DNA from: Candidatus Xenobia bacterium
Lineage (GTDB): Bacteria; Vulcanimicrobiota; Xenobia; Xenobiales; QWHO01
Direction of reading: 5' to 3'
Assembly (NCBI GenBank): GCA_045863235.1
Contig: BTUM01000033.1
Coordinates: forward strand, 1-64,000
Length of the DNA: 64,000 bases
The translations under genes and the position numbers were made by a program. The notes below the pieces were generated by a model that was given only the letters and a program-made list of their open reading frames with translations, did no database searches and had not been told where the DNA came from. This document shows positions 1-9,579 of the stretch, one piece after another. How positions within the stretch are numbered: the stretch's first letter is position 1; each line of letters begins with the position of its first letter.

Positions 1-46
1 ATTTTTCACCTGGGGCGCCATTGCTGGCCGCCTGAGGGCATCATAC

Positions 47-83
47 CAGCAGGTCAGGGGTTCGAATCGCCTCCCCGGCTCCA
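47..83 (+). pseudogene. Degenerate 3' half of a tRNA (tRNA-Thr-like); probable att-site remnant
   Basis: CAGCAGGTCAGGGGTTCGAATCGCCTCCCCGGCTCCA: T-loop TTCGAAT, T-stem with one mismatch, ends in CCA; no matching 5' half upstream. Confidence 0.65.
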
Positions 84-88
84 GGTTG

Positions 89-113
89 AAAGCTCGCTAC
101 GGTGGGCTTTTTT
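89..113 (+). terminator. Rho-independent terminator
   Basis: AAAGCTCGC-TACG-GTGGGCTTT hairpin followed by a T tract. Confidence 0.75.
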
Positions 114-277
114 CGTTGGGGGAATCTCGAACAGATCAGCCCAGGATCCCGGGTTTGCGGCCCCCCTGCGGCCACGTCCAAGAAAGCCCGTAACCGTGCG
201 GTCCTCCGGTGCCGCCGTTTGCTGCGCACGCCGAGTGTCATAGCAGGGCTTGACGAATGCTGCAGGAACTCACCCCT

Positions 278-751
278 ATGCGGTGGCTGCTGGTGGCCCC
301 CTTTGTCCTGTTCTTCCTACCCGGACAGGCCGGCGCATGGCCGCTCCGTGACGCCTTTTTTCGTACTACCGGGGGCGTGGAGTGCATCCTAGAGAACGCC
401 GACCCTGCCGACGTGATCGAGCAGCTCAAGGTGTTCTACCCGGACGTGAAGTTCATTCCGCACCCCGTATTGAACGGGTTCTTCGTGGTCGGCCCAGAGA
501 AGGACGTCCTTGCGATCCTGCGGCTGCTGCCGAGCATGGACCTTGTCACCGCGGTCTTCTCGCCTCCCAACCCCGAAGGGGTGTTTGAGCTTCTGCAGTC
601 GCGCGTACCCGAAGCGGCCTGCTCTCTGAAGGACGGGCGAATCACGCTGCGCGTGACCCGCGAGCAGCTAGATCGAATCTATGTCATCCTAGAGGAAAAT
701 AGCCTACCCCGCCCCGGCGTGCTACACTTCCGCAGACAGAAAGACCAGTAA
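278..751 (+). CDS. Secreted hypothetical protein with secretin N-domain (NolW-like) repeats
   Basis: Signal peptide MRWLLVAPFVLFFLPGQAGA; LENADPADVIEQLK..NGFFVVGPEKDVLAILRLLPSMD resembles a secretin N repeat. Confidence 0.5.
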   Translation: MRWLLVAPFVLFFLPGQAGAWPLRDAFFRTTGGVECILENADPADVIEQLKVFYPDVKFIPHPVLNGFFVVGPEKDVLAILRLLPSMDLVTAVFSPPNPEGVFELLQSRVPEAACSLKDGRITLRVTREQLDRIYVILEENSLPRPGVLHFRRQKDQ

Positions 752-887
752 CCGCGCCACTTAGGTCAAGCGTGACCTGCGTCGGCTCGAGGCTTCCCTC
801 CTAGAACCGAACTATACGCCTGAAGCCTGGAGAGCCGAAGCAGGTCGGCTGTTGGCCAGAAGCGGCTTTGGTCACCGCGGGAGGGCC

Positions 888-1090
888 ATGCATCTGAATG
901 ACCTCTTGCACCAGCTCGGCCAAGAGCTCGACGAGGGGAGCCTGGGCAAGGATCACACCCTTGGTCGCACGTCAACGAGGTGACGGGCGGGATGGGCCCT
1001 GGGCAGCTTACCCTTCTCGCTGCCAGACCGGCAATGGGGAAAACCGCTGCCGCGACGCAGATCGCCCGGCATGTTGCGAATGACGGGAGC
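888..1090 (+). pseudogene. DnaB-like helicase fragment, frameshifted and truncated
   Basis: RBS+ATG at 888, frameshift near 955, then PWSHVNEVTGGMGPGQLTLLAARPAMGKTAAATQIARHVA (DnaB H1/Walker A); similarity stops at about 1090. Confidence 0.75.
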
Positions 1091-1104
1091 GCCGGGGACC
1101 GGAT

Positions 1105-1338
1105 CTACTCGTATTCTCTCGCAGCTTGGAAGACCTTCGAGATGAAGTGCCAGTCAGTCATTTCCTGGCCATGCTGCTCCAGGTAGGCCTCCCTATCTCG
1201 GGCATAGTCCGCAATTTGGGAGAGAAAGGTTTCAAGATCCTGGCTTTCCCAGTCACCTCGGTTCTCCCTATAGTCTTCGGCCAGGGCAGCGAGTAAGTTG
1301 ATGAAGTCCTTCCTGTTCCTGACGTTCCAGTTAATCAT
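1105..1338 (-). CDS. Small immunity-like protein (DUF7660-like)
   Basis: RKDFINLLAALAEDY..WESQDLETFL..W..AAREYE pattern; visibly lower GC than its flanks. Confidence 0.6.
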   Translation of the reverse strand: MINWNVRNRKDFINLLAALAEDYRENRGDWESQDLETFLSQIADYARDREAYLEQHGQEMTDWHFISKVFQAAREYE

Positions 1339-1521
1339 CAACCGGCGTTCCCGAAGAGCAAGCCTTCCACCTCGTTCGCAGCGTCGTCCGCAGGCTGAAG
1401 TCCGCTAGCCCCTTACGGCCTGGCCCACATCCCGGTGAGCTGACCCGCTGCCCCTGAAGACGTACTGCACGGCCCGACCCCGACACAGGCACTGGCAAGC
1501 TGGCGCGAGAATCCCAGGCAG

Positions 1522-4500
1522 ATGATGCGTCAGCTTGGACTGGGGCTATTCTTCCTGTCGGGGGCAACAGCACTCGTCTATGAGGTGCTCTGGACGCGCC
1601 GCTTGACCCTGACCTTCGGCCACACAGTACTGGCTGTCAGCACGGTGGTGACAGCCTACATGCTGGGACTGGCCCTGGGCAGCCGGGCCGGCGGCCGCTG
1701 GGCGGACCGCGTGGCCGCCCAGGGAGCCGCGCCGGGCAGGTTTCTGGCCGCCTACGGTGTGCTCGAGGTCATGATCGGAATCTGGGCCGCGCTCTCTCCC
1801 TGGTTCCTGGCCGGAGTCGAGCAAGCATACTTTCGCGCCACCGCCGCCAACTGGTCCTGGCCGGCCCTGCAGTTGTTGTGCTGGACCGGCTCGCTGCTCG
1901 TTCTGACGCCGCCCACGCTGCTGATGGGGGCCACGCTGCCGGTCTTGAGCCGGCTGCTGGTGCGCCAGCAGGTCCATCTCAACCAGGTCTTCTCCAGCTT
2001 GTATGCGGTGAACACCGCCGGAGCGGCACTGGGAGCCGCCCTGGCCGGATGGTGGATGCTCCCGTCCCGAGGATTCCTGGGCTCGATTCTCCTGACGGCT
2101 CTGGTCAACGTCAGCGTGGGACTCCTGGCCTGGCTGGCAGCCCGGCGCTGGAACGAGCCCTCGGCCGCTCCGAGCCCTTCCCAACCGGCCCCCTTTCGGG
2201 CCAGCAGCCTGGGACTTGCGATGGGACTGGCCGGGCTGGCTGCCATGATCTTCCAGCTGGCCTGGACACGGGGCCTGGCGCTGATCCTGGGTTCTTCTAC
2301 CTACGGCCTGGCCACCACCCTGGCCGTCTTCCTGACCGGCCTGGGGCTGGGAGCCGCACTGGTCGGTCTGCGCTCTCGGCCTACCGGGGCAGGCCATCTG
2401 GCCCTGGTGCTGGGACTGACCGGCCTGGCCGGGGCTTTGAGTCTGCTGGTTCTGGGCTATCTCCCTCAGCTGGCCACCCAGCTCATGCACTACAGCTCTC
2501 CCTCTGTGGGAGGCATCGTGGGGCCTGTGGCCGTGCTTTCGGCCCTGGTCATCTTGCCACCCACTGTGCTCATGGGCATCGCCCTGCCCCTGGCGAGTGC
2601 CCTGGCGGCAACCGACTTGGAGCGCATCGGCAGTCGGTTGTCCTTCATTTACGCCGCCAACACGGTCGGATGCATCGTGGGAGCCGCCCTGGGAGGCTTC
2701 GTGGCCATCCCGACGCTGGGCCTCCAAACCACTCTGAAACTTGCGGCTTGCCTTTACGTGGCGGCTGCCTGCCTGGTCGTGCCGCCCTCCTGGCTCCGCT
2801 GGGTGGGGGCTCTGGCGCTCAATGCCGTGCTCGTCATCTGCTACCTTCTGCCAGCCTGGAACCTGGCCTGGATGGCGTCAGGCGCCGGCATCTATTCGCG
2901 CGGAAGCCTGACCCAAGAGACGACTCCAGCCTTCTATCGAGACGGTCTGTCGTGCACGGTCAGCGTCGAATTCCAGGGTCCGCGACAGCCTGCCCTGCGC
3001 GTCAATGGCAAGGTGGACGCCTCCCTCAACTCCGATGACATGCAGACAATGCTGCTGCTCGGCTACGTGCCAGCCATGCTGTGCCAGAATCCTCGCCGGG
3101 CCGCGGTGATCGGGCTGGGAAGCGGGTTCACCCTCCACGCCCTGGCTTCAACGCCGTCAATCGAGACCATTGACTGCGCCGAGATCGAGCCGGCGGTCGT
3201 GGAGGCAGGTCGTTACTTTGCTGGCTACAACGGCCACATCCTCGAGGACAGGCGCGTCAGAATCCACGCGACCGACGGTCGCGCCTTCTTGCAGGGCGGC
3301 CTGGCTGCCATGGACATCATTGTCAGCGAGCCCTCGAACGTCTGGATCGCCGGGGTCGCCAACCTCTACACGCTCGAGTTCTACCGGTCTTGTCGCCAGA
3401 AGCTGGCACCCGGTGGGGTGATGTGCCAGTGGTACCACGTCTACAGCTCCTCTCCCGAGGAGCTGCAGACAGTGCTGGCCACGTTCTACAGCGTCTTTCC
3501 CCACGGGTCGGTGTGGCAGTCGAGCGAGTCGGACATCCTGCTGATCGGTAGCCAGACCCCGCTCCCCCTGAGCCTGGAACGGCTACGAAGCCTGTGGGAC
3601 AGCTCGGATGTCATGCGGCGCGATTTTTGCTCGATCGGCCTGTACCGGCCCGAGTTCGTGCTCGGCCACTACCTGGCCGGACGCGAGCAACTGACCTTCC
3701 CTCAGGCCGCGCAAAACACCGATGATCTGCCCTTACTCGAGTATTCTGCTCCTCTGAGCTACTACCGGGCAGACGACTCGACCGGCGAGTGCCTGCGCAT
3801 GCTCTTGAAAGCTCGCGGGCCGGCTCCGCAGATGCCCCTGGGAGTTCAGGCGAGCCCCCCTCTCTGGCTTGCAGCGGCCCACACATGGCCCGTCCTGAAG
3901 CGCTCGGATGACCTGGCCTCGATCCGGGGGCAAATTGAAGGCCTACCCGGGTTCTTGCTTGTCGAGGCGGTGGCGGCTCAAAGCGAGCCGGGGCCCGGGG
4001 CGGACAGGCTGTCCAGGCAAGCTCTCGAGGAGCAGCCGGACGACCCGTTGACCCTCTGGCTGGTGGCCAAAATGCGCTTTGACGACCGCCAGTACGAGCA
4101 CAGCGAGCCGTTGCTGGCCCGATTGTCCCGCACCCCCCTGCCCGGTTGCGAGGAGACGACTCTTTTGATGCACGCGGTGGCCCTGCAGACTCTCAACCGC
4201 ATCTCCGAGTCGCGCGAGCAGCTCCAGCGCGCCACCCAGCTGGGGACGGGGGCAAGCACACCCTGGACGGCCCTGGGCAAACTCGAAGAGAGGGCCAACC
4301 AGAACGAGGCGGCCGCCTCGGCCTACGCGCAGGCCCTGCAGAGAAATCAAGCGGACCTGGAGGCCTGGGAGGGCTACGGACCTTCGTTGCTGCTCTGCGG
4401 ACGCTTGCCGGAAGCCGTTCAAGCCAATCGCACTGGCTTGCTCCTCCAGCCGCAGAACGTCACGATCTTGATGAACCTTGCGCAGTCACTTCTGGCCATC

Positions 4501-4596
4501 GGAGATCCGGAGGCGAATCAGGTCCTGCGGCGCGTCCTCGAGCTCGACCCGGAGAACCGAACGGCCCGCTTCCTGCTCTATGGCGAAGGCCAGTAG
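1522..4596 (+). CDS. Fused MFS-like membrane domain / spermidine synthase with C-terminal TPRs
   Basis: FFLSGATALVYEVLWTR, VIGLGSG SAM motif, EIEPAV, DGR, DIIVSEPS; TPR tail. Confidence 0.9.
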   Translation: MMRQLGLGLFFLSGATALVYEVLWTRRLTLTFGHTVLAVSTVVTAYMLGLALGSRAGGRWADRVAAQGAAPGRFLAAYGVLEVMIGIWAALSPWFLAGVEQAYFRATAANWSWPALQLLCWTGSLLVLTPPTLLMGATLPVLSRLLVRQQVHLNQVFSSLYAVNTAGAALGAALAGWWMLPSRGFLGSILLTALVNVSVGLLAWLAARRWNEPSAAPSPSQPAPFRASSLGLAMGLAGLAAMIFQLAWTRGLALILGSSTYGLATTLAVFLTGLGLGAALVGLRSRPTGAGHLALVLGLTGLAGALSLLVLGYLPQLATQLMHYSSPSVGGIVGPVAVLSALVILPPTVLMGIALPLASALAATDLERIGSRLSFIYAANTVGCIVGAALGGFVAIPTLGLQTTLKLAACLYVAAACLVVPPSWLRWVGALALNAVLVICYLLPAWNLAWMASGAGIYSRGSLTQETTPAFYRDGLSCTVSVEFQGPRQPALRVNGKVDASLNSDDMQTMLLLGYVPAMLCQNPRRAAVIGLGSGFTLHALASTPSIETIDCAEIEPAVVEAGRYFAGYNGHILEDRRVRIHATDGRAFLQGGLAAMDIIVSEPSNVWIAGVANLYTLEFYRSCRQKLAPGGVMCQWYHVYSSSPEELQTVLATFYSVFPHGSVWQSSESDILLIGSQTPLPLSLERLRSLWDSSDVMRRDFCSIGLYRPEFVLGHYLAGREQLTFPQAAQNTDDLPLLEYSAPLSYYRADDSTGECLRMLLKARGPAPQMPLGVQASPPLWLAAAHTWPVLKRSDDLASIRGQIEGLPGFLLVEAVAAQSEPGPGADRLSRQALEEQPDDPLTLWLVAKMRFDDRQYEHSEPLLARLSRTPLPGCEETTLLMHAVALQTLNRISESREQLQRATQLGTGASTPWTALGKLEERANQNEAAASAYAQALQRNQADLEAWEGYGPSLLLCGRLPEAVQANRTGLLLQPQNVTILMNLAQSLLAIGDPEANQVLRRVLELDPENRTARFLLYGEGQ

Positions 4597-4599
4597 GCG

Positions 4600-6051
4600 T
4601 CAGGCCTCATAAGCCTCGTCCTGCTCGATCCGGCTCAGGACCCAGTCAAAGTCTCCGCTGGTGATCTTGGCGCCGCAGTACTCGCAGACGCCGGCCATGT
4701 TGACGCGGTCGAGGGGGGCACCGCAACTCGGACAGTGGCCCGGGTCCTGCGCTCTTCCTCGGGTGTATCCGGTCCGCCGGATGAAGGTCCAGTACTCGCT
4801 GAAACGCCGGACTCGGTCCTTCGAGCCGGCCACCACGGCGCCAGTGCTATCCACCGTGTAATCCTTCATGGACGCCCAGATGCGCACGGTGATGGCGTCA
4901 AAATAGGCATCAGGCTCGACGCGCACGGCCTCGACCCCGATGACCTGGACGTCCTCCAGGCGGTTGGTCCGACCGGCGAGCTCGAGAGCCGTCAACCAGT
5001 AGCGGTGGGTCTGGAAGAGGCTATCGGTCTCATAGGGGCGCACCTCGTCCCAGCTGCGACCACTCCAGGCCTTCTGCAAATTGAGAAAGATGTGGCGAAC
5101 CCGGGCTTCGAACTCGGGCCAGGAAAAGTCCGGATGACTGGCTTGAAACTCCTTGCGACGGATGTCGAAGCCAGGCTGGAAGACCGTCGGCAGCTCGGTT
5201 CCCAGCTCTTCCCCCGAGCCCCCCACCGCCATCGGAGGACGATCCAACCGGTCGGTGACCGTGAACGACTTCACGATCCAGCCGTAGGACCCGTCCGTGA
5301 TCAGCCGGTCACAGAACGGACACTTGCCCTCGGAGGTGGGCTCGCCTGGGTTGCCGCAGCTTGGACAGGCCAGGCGCGTGATCTCCTCGGGGCCTTTGGA
5401 GAGCACGCCGCTCCGGCGCGTCAGGTACCAGCGTTCCACCAGATAGTAGAGCCTTTTCTGGTCGCCCAGGTGCTCGGTGTAGTTGGTCTCCAGGGCCACC
5501 GTCAGGCTGGTCCATTCCTCGTGCAGCCCGCTCACACCGACCAGGCGAATCGAGCCGACGATGACCTCGTCCACCCCAGTCACTCCGCGATTCTTGGCGT
5601 CGGACTCGAGTTTCTCGCGCACCTCGGGGCTGAGATAGGCCGCCAGGCTCTGCAGGCCCGCCACCTTCTGGCTCTGCGCGCGCGTGTAGAGCAGGCCGAG
5701 AAAGTCGAGAAACAGCGGCCGAGAGAAGTTGGGGTCCACGGTCATCAGGTCGTGCAGGGCAGCCGACGACTGGCGGGTGGGCTTGACGCTGTTGGACCAC
5801 TCCTGGACCTTCACGCTGGGGCGGCTGTGAAAGTAGGCCAGGCCGACGACGAACGCGATCAGCAACGGGACGCCCACCGCGGGGTATTCCAGGCAGAGCT
5901 GGAGGATGATGCGAAGCAGGAAGTAGATCAACCCCGAGTCGTCGCCCGAGCCACCCCCTCCGCCCCCGCTGTAACTCTCGCCGCCTCCCACTCGGGCCCC
6001 GGCCCCCTCGCTCAGGGCCAGCAGCAACAAGAGGCCTGGCCACCACTTCAT
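4600..6051 (-). CDS. Tim44-like domain protein with zinc ribbons
   Basis: Signal peptide, RVGGGESY Gly-rich segment, DPNFS/PDFSW repeats, FSEYWTF, CPSC..CPFC and CPSC..CEYC. Confidence 0.8.
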   Translation of the reverse strand: MKWWPGLLLLLALSEGAGARVGGGESYSGGGGGGSGDDSGLIYFLLRIILQLCLEYPAVGVPLLIAFVVGLAYFHSRPSVKVQEWSNSVKPTRQSSAALHDLMTVDPNFSRPLFLDFLGLLYTRAQSQKVAGLQSLAAYLSPEVREKLESDAKNRGVTGVDEVIVGSIRLVGVSGLHEEWTSLTVALETNYTEHLGDQKRLYYLVERWYLTRRSGVLSKGPEEITRLACPSCGNPGEPTSEGKCPFCDRLITDGSYGWIVKSFTVTDRLDRPPMAVGGSGEELGTELPTVFQPGFDIRRKEFQASHPDFSWPEFEARVRHIFLNLQKAWSGRSWDEVRPYETDSLFQTHRYWLTALELAGRTNRLEDVQVIGVEAVRVEPDAYFDAITVRIWASMKDYTVDSTGAVVAGSKDRVRRFSEYWTFIRRTGYTRGRAQDPGHCPSCGAPLDRVNMAGVCEYCGAKITSGDFDWVLSRIEQDEAYEA

Positions 6052-6668
6052 GAGAGAATCCTGGGCGCGTTGGGGATCTCGTCGGGATTCTCGCCTGTGG
6101 CCGGCAGGTGAGCGGCAAGGCGCTGAGCCATGAGCTCGAGCCCTTGATGGAGAGCCGCTTCCAGCTCCCCGAGAGAGGTGGCGTTCGCAAGACCCTGCTT
6201 CAGCTCGCTGAAGACCGCGCGGGGGACCTTGCCGTGAACTCCCTGATCGGCCAGCACCCGGCCCGATCGCTCCAGTTGGGACAGGTAGATCAGCACCCCG
6301 GTTCGTCCCCGCGTGGCGTGCACGGCGTAATCCATGAAGGCGAGCCTGGCCGCCATGTCCACCTGGGCCTGGCGCCGGCTGGCACGGGTCAAGAGACGGC
6401 GCAGGGCGGGAAACCGGCGGCTGGCGGCCCAGCCGAGCAGGCCAAAGATCACGACATCGGCCAGGATCGGCTCAGGGCGAAAGCTCCAGGGGCCGTACAA
6501 AATCACCCCCAGCGACAGCAGGCCCAGCCCGATTGCAGCCAGGAGATCGACGTCGGCGTAGCTTCCCGAACGGGGGGCGACCACGACCACCACCTCGGCC
6601 TCGGAGGCTCGCTCCACAGCCGCCACGGCTGCCGTGACCTTGTCACTGAACCCCTCACCGAAAGCCAT
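6048..6668 (-). CDS. TPM domain membrane protein
   Basis: VAAVERASEAEVVVVV, TRGRTGVLIYLS, ADQG, NPDEIPN; 4-nt overlap with the Tim44 gene. Confidence 0.8.
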   Translation of the reverse strand: MAFGEGFSDKVTAAVAAVERASEAEVVVVVAPRSGSYADVDLLAAIGLGLLSLGVILYGPWSFRPEPILADVVIFGLLGWAASRRFPALRRLLTRASRRQAQVDMAARLAFMDYAVHATRGRTGVLIYLSQLERSGRVLADQGVHGKVPRAVFSELKQGLANATSLGELEAALHQGLELMAQRLAAHLPATGENPDEIPNAPRILS

Positions 6669-6787
6669 CCGGCCAGGTTCTGGCCAGGCGTGGCCGGGGC
6701 CTTCCGACCGCCACCTCCTCATGCGCCGCGCGTCGATCGCTTCACGAATTGGCGCGGCGCCGTTCGACAGATCGGAATTCTGTAGGA

Positions 6788-7756
6788 ATGGACGGCCGGC
6801 CGGTAAACCCTGACCCGATGACCGCTTTCGACCGGGTCGGGTGGGTCCTCTCCCACACCGGCGCCCGAGCCGTGACCCGGACCTGGCGCCTCCAGAGCCT
6901 CTGGGGCGGTTATGGCGAATTGCTGCGCCTCCACCTCGCGGGAGGGCCGGTTGCCTCCGTCATTCTCAAGCAGGTGATCCCTCCCGAGGGGGTTCAAGAG
7001 AGCGTGGCCGACCGACGCAAGCGCCGCTCCTATGAGGTCGAGCAGGCCTGGTATCTGGATGGGGCCAGGCGTTGCGACTCGGAGTGTCGCGTGGCCGGCT
7101 GCTATGCCGCCGAGAGCTCGCTCCTCTTGCTGGAGGATCTCCAGAATGCTGGTTTTCACCCCGGCCGACCGCCCCTTGGCGAGCAGGTACGGGCCGGGCT
7201 TCACTGGCTGGCCAACTTCCATGCCCGCTTCCTGGGCCCGCCCCCACCGGGCCTGTGGGACCAGGGCAGCTACTGGCACCTGGAGACCCGCCGGGAGGAG
7301 TGGCTCCGAATGCCCCCGGGCTCCCTCAAGGACGCCGCCGCGCCCCTGGACGAACTGTTGAGAGGCGCCCGCTACCAGACCCTGCTGCACGGCGACTCCA
7401 AGCCCGCCAACTTCTGCTGGAACGACCAGGGACAGGCCTCGGCCGTGGATTTCCAGTACGTCGGCCCGGGCTGCGGCATCCGCGACACAGCTTACTTCCT
7501 CGACTGCTGCCTGGGCGAGTCCGGCTGCGAGAGCCAGGCGGACGACTGGTTGGACTACTACTTCACCGTCCTGAGACAGGCCATTGAGCAGCAGGGGCAC
7601 AGCATCGACCTCTCCGAGTTGGAGAGGGAGTGGCGCAGCCTCTTTCCCGTGGCCTGGAGTGACTTCTGCCGCTTCGAGCAGGGCTGGCGCGGCCCATCGC
7701 CGTTGGGGCGCTTCAGCCAGCGCCAGTTGGCCAGAGCGCTCGAGTTGATCAGGTAA
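6788..7756 (+). CDS. Choline/ecdysteroid-kinase-like phosphotransferase
   Basis: QSLWGGYG, RSYEVE, LLEDL, HGDSKPANF, VDFQYVG; start could be 6818. Confidence 0.85.
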   Translation: MDGRPVNPDPMTAFDRVGWVLSHTGARAVTRTWRLQSLWGGYGELLRLHLAGGPVASVILKQVIPPEGVQESVADRRKRRSYEVEQAWYLDGARRCDSECRVAGCYAAESSLLLLEDLQNAGFHPGRPPLGEQVRAGLHWLANFHARFLGPPPPGLWDQGSYWHLETRREEWLRMPPGSLKDAAAPLDELLRGARYQTLLHGDSKPANFCWNDQGQASAVDFQYVGPGCGIRDTAYFLDCCLGESGCESQADDWLDYYFTVLRQAIEQQGHSIDLSELEREWRSLFPVAWSDFCRFEQGWRGPSPLGRFSQRQLARALELIR

Positions 7757-7803
7757 GGTTCTCAATTCAGACTGTCGTAAGGATGGGGCGGTAGGATCAG
7801 CTC

Positions 7804-9291
7804 GTGCAGATCACGAGCCAGTTACCGCTTCTTTCGACCTACCGCCCTACCAGCGCCGGGCCCGGGCAGGGCGACGGTTTCCAGCCCTCCGACTCCACGC
7901 CGCGACCGATGACTCGCCAGGAGATGATGCGCAAACTGTTGCAGGGCGATCAGTCGGTGCAAGAGCTACGGGTCGACTGGCAGCAGAACGTGGGCGGACG
8001 CCTCCTCAGCCAGGCCGGCGTAGGACCGGATGGCTCGCTCGCCTTCGTCAACGACGAGACGCTGGTGGTGCTGCGCGCCGACGGCTCGCGCCAGATGTCC
8101 GTCCCCCAGGGCCGCGACGACTGGTTCAACATCTTCCGCGCGCCGGTGATCCATTCTGGCGGGGTCGTGGCGGCTGGGCAGAGCGGTCTGACAAGCCTGG
8201 ATTCGACCGGCCGGAAGCGCTGGCACCAGGACATCGGCGAGGTGGCCACCCGCCCGGTGGTCAGCTCCGACGGAACGGTGTTTGCCGCCGCCGGCGAGTC
8301 CATGCACGCCTTCAGCCCCGACGGAGAGAAGCTCTGGTCCACCAGTCTGCGCGAGAAACTCGTCGAGCTGTGGCGCGAGGAGCGAACCGCCTGGGCCAAT
8401 GGGCTCGAGCAGGACCTGGCCAACCCCGACAAGGCTCACAAAAAGGACGTGCTGGAGCCACTGCTCGATTCCGCCAGAAAGGAGCTTGCCGATCCTGACT
8501 TCGGCAAGAATCTCGAGATCAAGCTCCAGGGCGGTCCCAGCCTCGGCCCCGATGGCAAGCTCTATTGCTTCACACAGGTCGGACCGCTGTTCTGTCTGGA
8601 TCAGAAGACCGGTGAGATCGAGTGGGTGCTTCCGGACAAGCGCAACTACCTGTGCGAGGGAGGCGTCGCCTTCAGCCCCGAGGGCGACCTGTTGGGCGTG
8701 ACCGGCAATAGCTTGCTGCGCGTCATCAGCCCTCAGGGCGAGGTGCGGTTCGACTACGCGGCCTTCCTCGAGAAACGACTCGATCAAACGAGCGAGCAAG
8801 AAGCCAGCGAGGCGCGGCGCGCCGGCAACATGGGCAGTTGTGGGCTACCCGCCCTCTCGCCGGACGGCCAGACGATCTACTGGGCCGGGCGCGATGGCAA
8901 GCTGCGCGCCGTCGACCGTCAGGGCAACAAGCGTTTTACCCTCGAAATTCCCCACCGCCAGGGATACGCAGGCGAGATGGACGTGTCGGTGGGTCGTGAC
9001 GGCACCCTTTACTGCGCCAACTCGCAAGGCCTGACGGCGCTCTCACCTCAGGGCGAGCAGCTCTGGCGCTACGAAACGAACGATAAGTACGCTTACGCGA
9101 CTCTAGTAGGCGATAAGGTGGTGCTCAACACTTACTCCGGTGAGGTGTTCAGCCTGGACTGCGGAACCCTCAATCAGAAGGCCGCCGCGGCGCTCGAGAC
9201 CTCGGAGCCGGCTCCCCGCATCGCCGTTGCCAACGGCTGGGTCACCATCGGCGGGGTGCGCGTGAAACACCGCGGCCAGCCCGCCTCCTGA
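7804..9291 (+). CDS. PQQ-binding-like beta-propeller repeat protein, no signal peptide
   Basis: Repeated DGxxxW / PxxGPDGxLY blades; low-complexity N-terminus. Confidence 0.8.
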   Translation: MQITSQLPLLSTYRPTSAGPGQGDGFQPSDSTPRPMTRQEMMRKLLQGDQSVQELRVDWQQNVGGRLLSQAGVGPDGSLAFVNDETLVVLRADGSRQMSVPQGRDDWFNIFRAPVIHSGGVVAAGQSGLTSLDSTGRKRWHQDIGEVATRPVVSSDGTVFAAAGESMHAFSPDGEKLWSTSLREKLVELWREERTAWANGLEQDLANPDKAHKKDVLEPLLDSARKELADPDFGKNLEIKLQGGPSLGPDGKLYCFTQVGPLFCLDQKTGEIEWVLPDKRNYLCEGGVAFSPEGDLLGVTGNSLLRVISPQGEVRFDYAAFLEKRLDQTSEQEASEARRAGNMGSCGLPALSPDGQTIYWAGRDGKLRAVDRQGNKRFTLEIPHRQGYAGEMDVSVGRDGTLYCANSQGLTALSPQGEQLWRYETNDKYAYATLVGDKVVLNTYSGEVFSLDCGTLNQKAAAALETSEPAPRIAVANGWVTIGGVRVKHRGQPAS

Positions 9292-9293
9292 GG

Positions 9294-9479
9294 TTACGGG
9301 AGACCAGACGGGGAGGCCGGGGAAACCCTTCCTGCCAGCGCGCTCAGTTCCCCGAGCCACAACTCATACAGAGTCACGTTCTGAGGGTTCGGGCCGGGAG
9401 AGGGGGAACTCAGCAAGCGCTTGCGCAAACGGGTCGCCTCGAGCTTCAATTTCCTGTCAATTGGCCGTTCTCTCTTCAT
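9294..9479 (-). CDS. Small hypothetical protein
   Basis: 61-aa ORF filling the gap downstream of the 9580 gene. Confidence 0.4.
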   Translation of the reverse strand: MKRERPIDRKLKLEATRLRKRLLSSPSPGPNPQNVTLYELWLGELSALAGRVSPASPSGLP

Positions 9480-9579
9480 CTTACCCTGATTCTCACGACA
9501 ACCTCCCCCCTGGACAAGAGACCTCGAGGAAAGATTCCATGCACCGATCCGCCGGGGAGGCTTGCGGGTCCGACGGGAG

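Noticed and set aside
20..83. Intact tRNA gene
   Set aside because: No acceptor-stem 5' strand or D-arm, and the T-stem is mismatched.
1337..1415. Toxin C-terminal fragment overlapping (TGATG) the immunity-like gene
   Set aside because: Only about 24 codons before an in-frame stop, with no recognisable motif.
7754..7780. Sigma-28-like promoter before the propeller gene
   Set aside because: Poor match to GCCGATAA; a leaderless TAnnnT element explains the site better.
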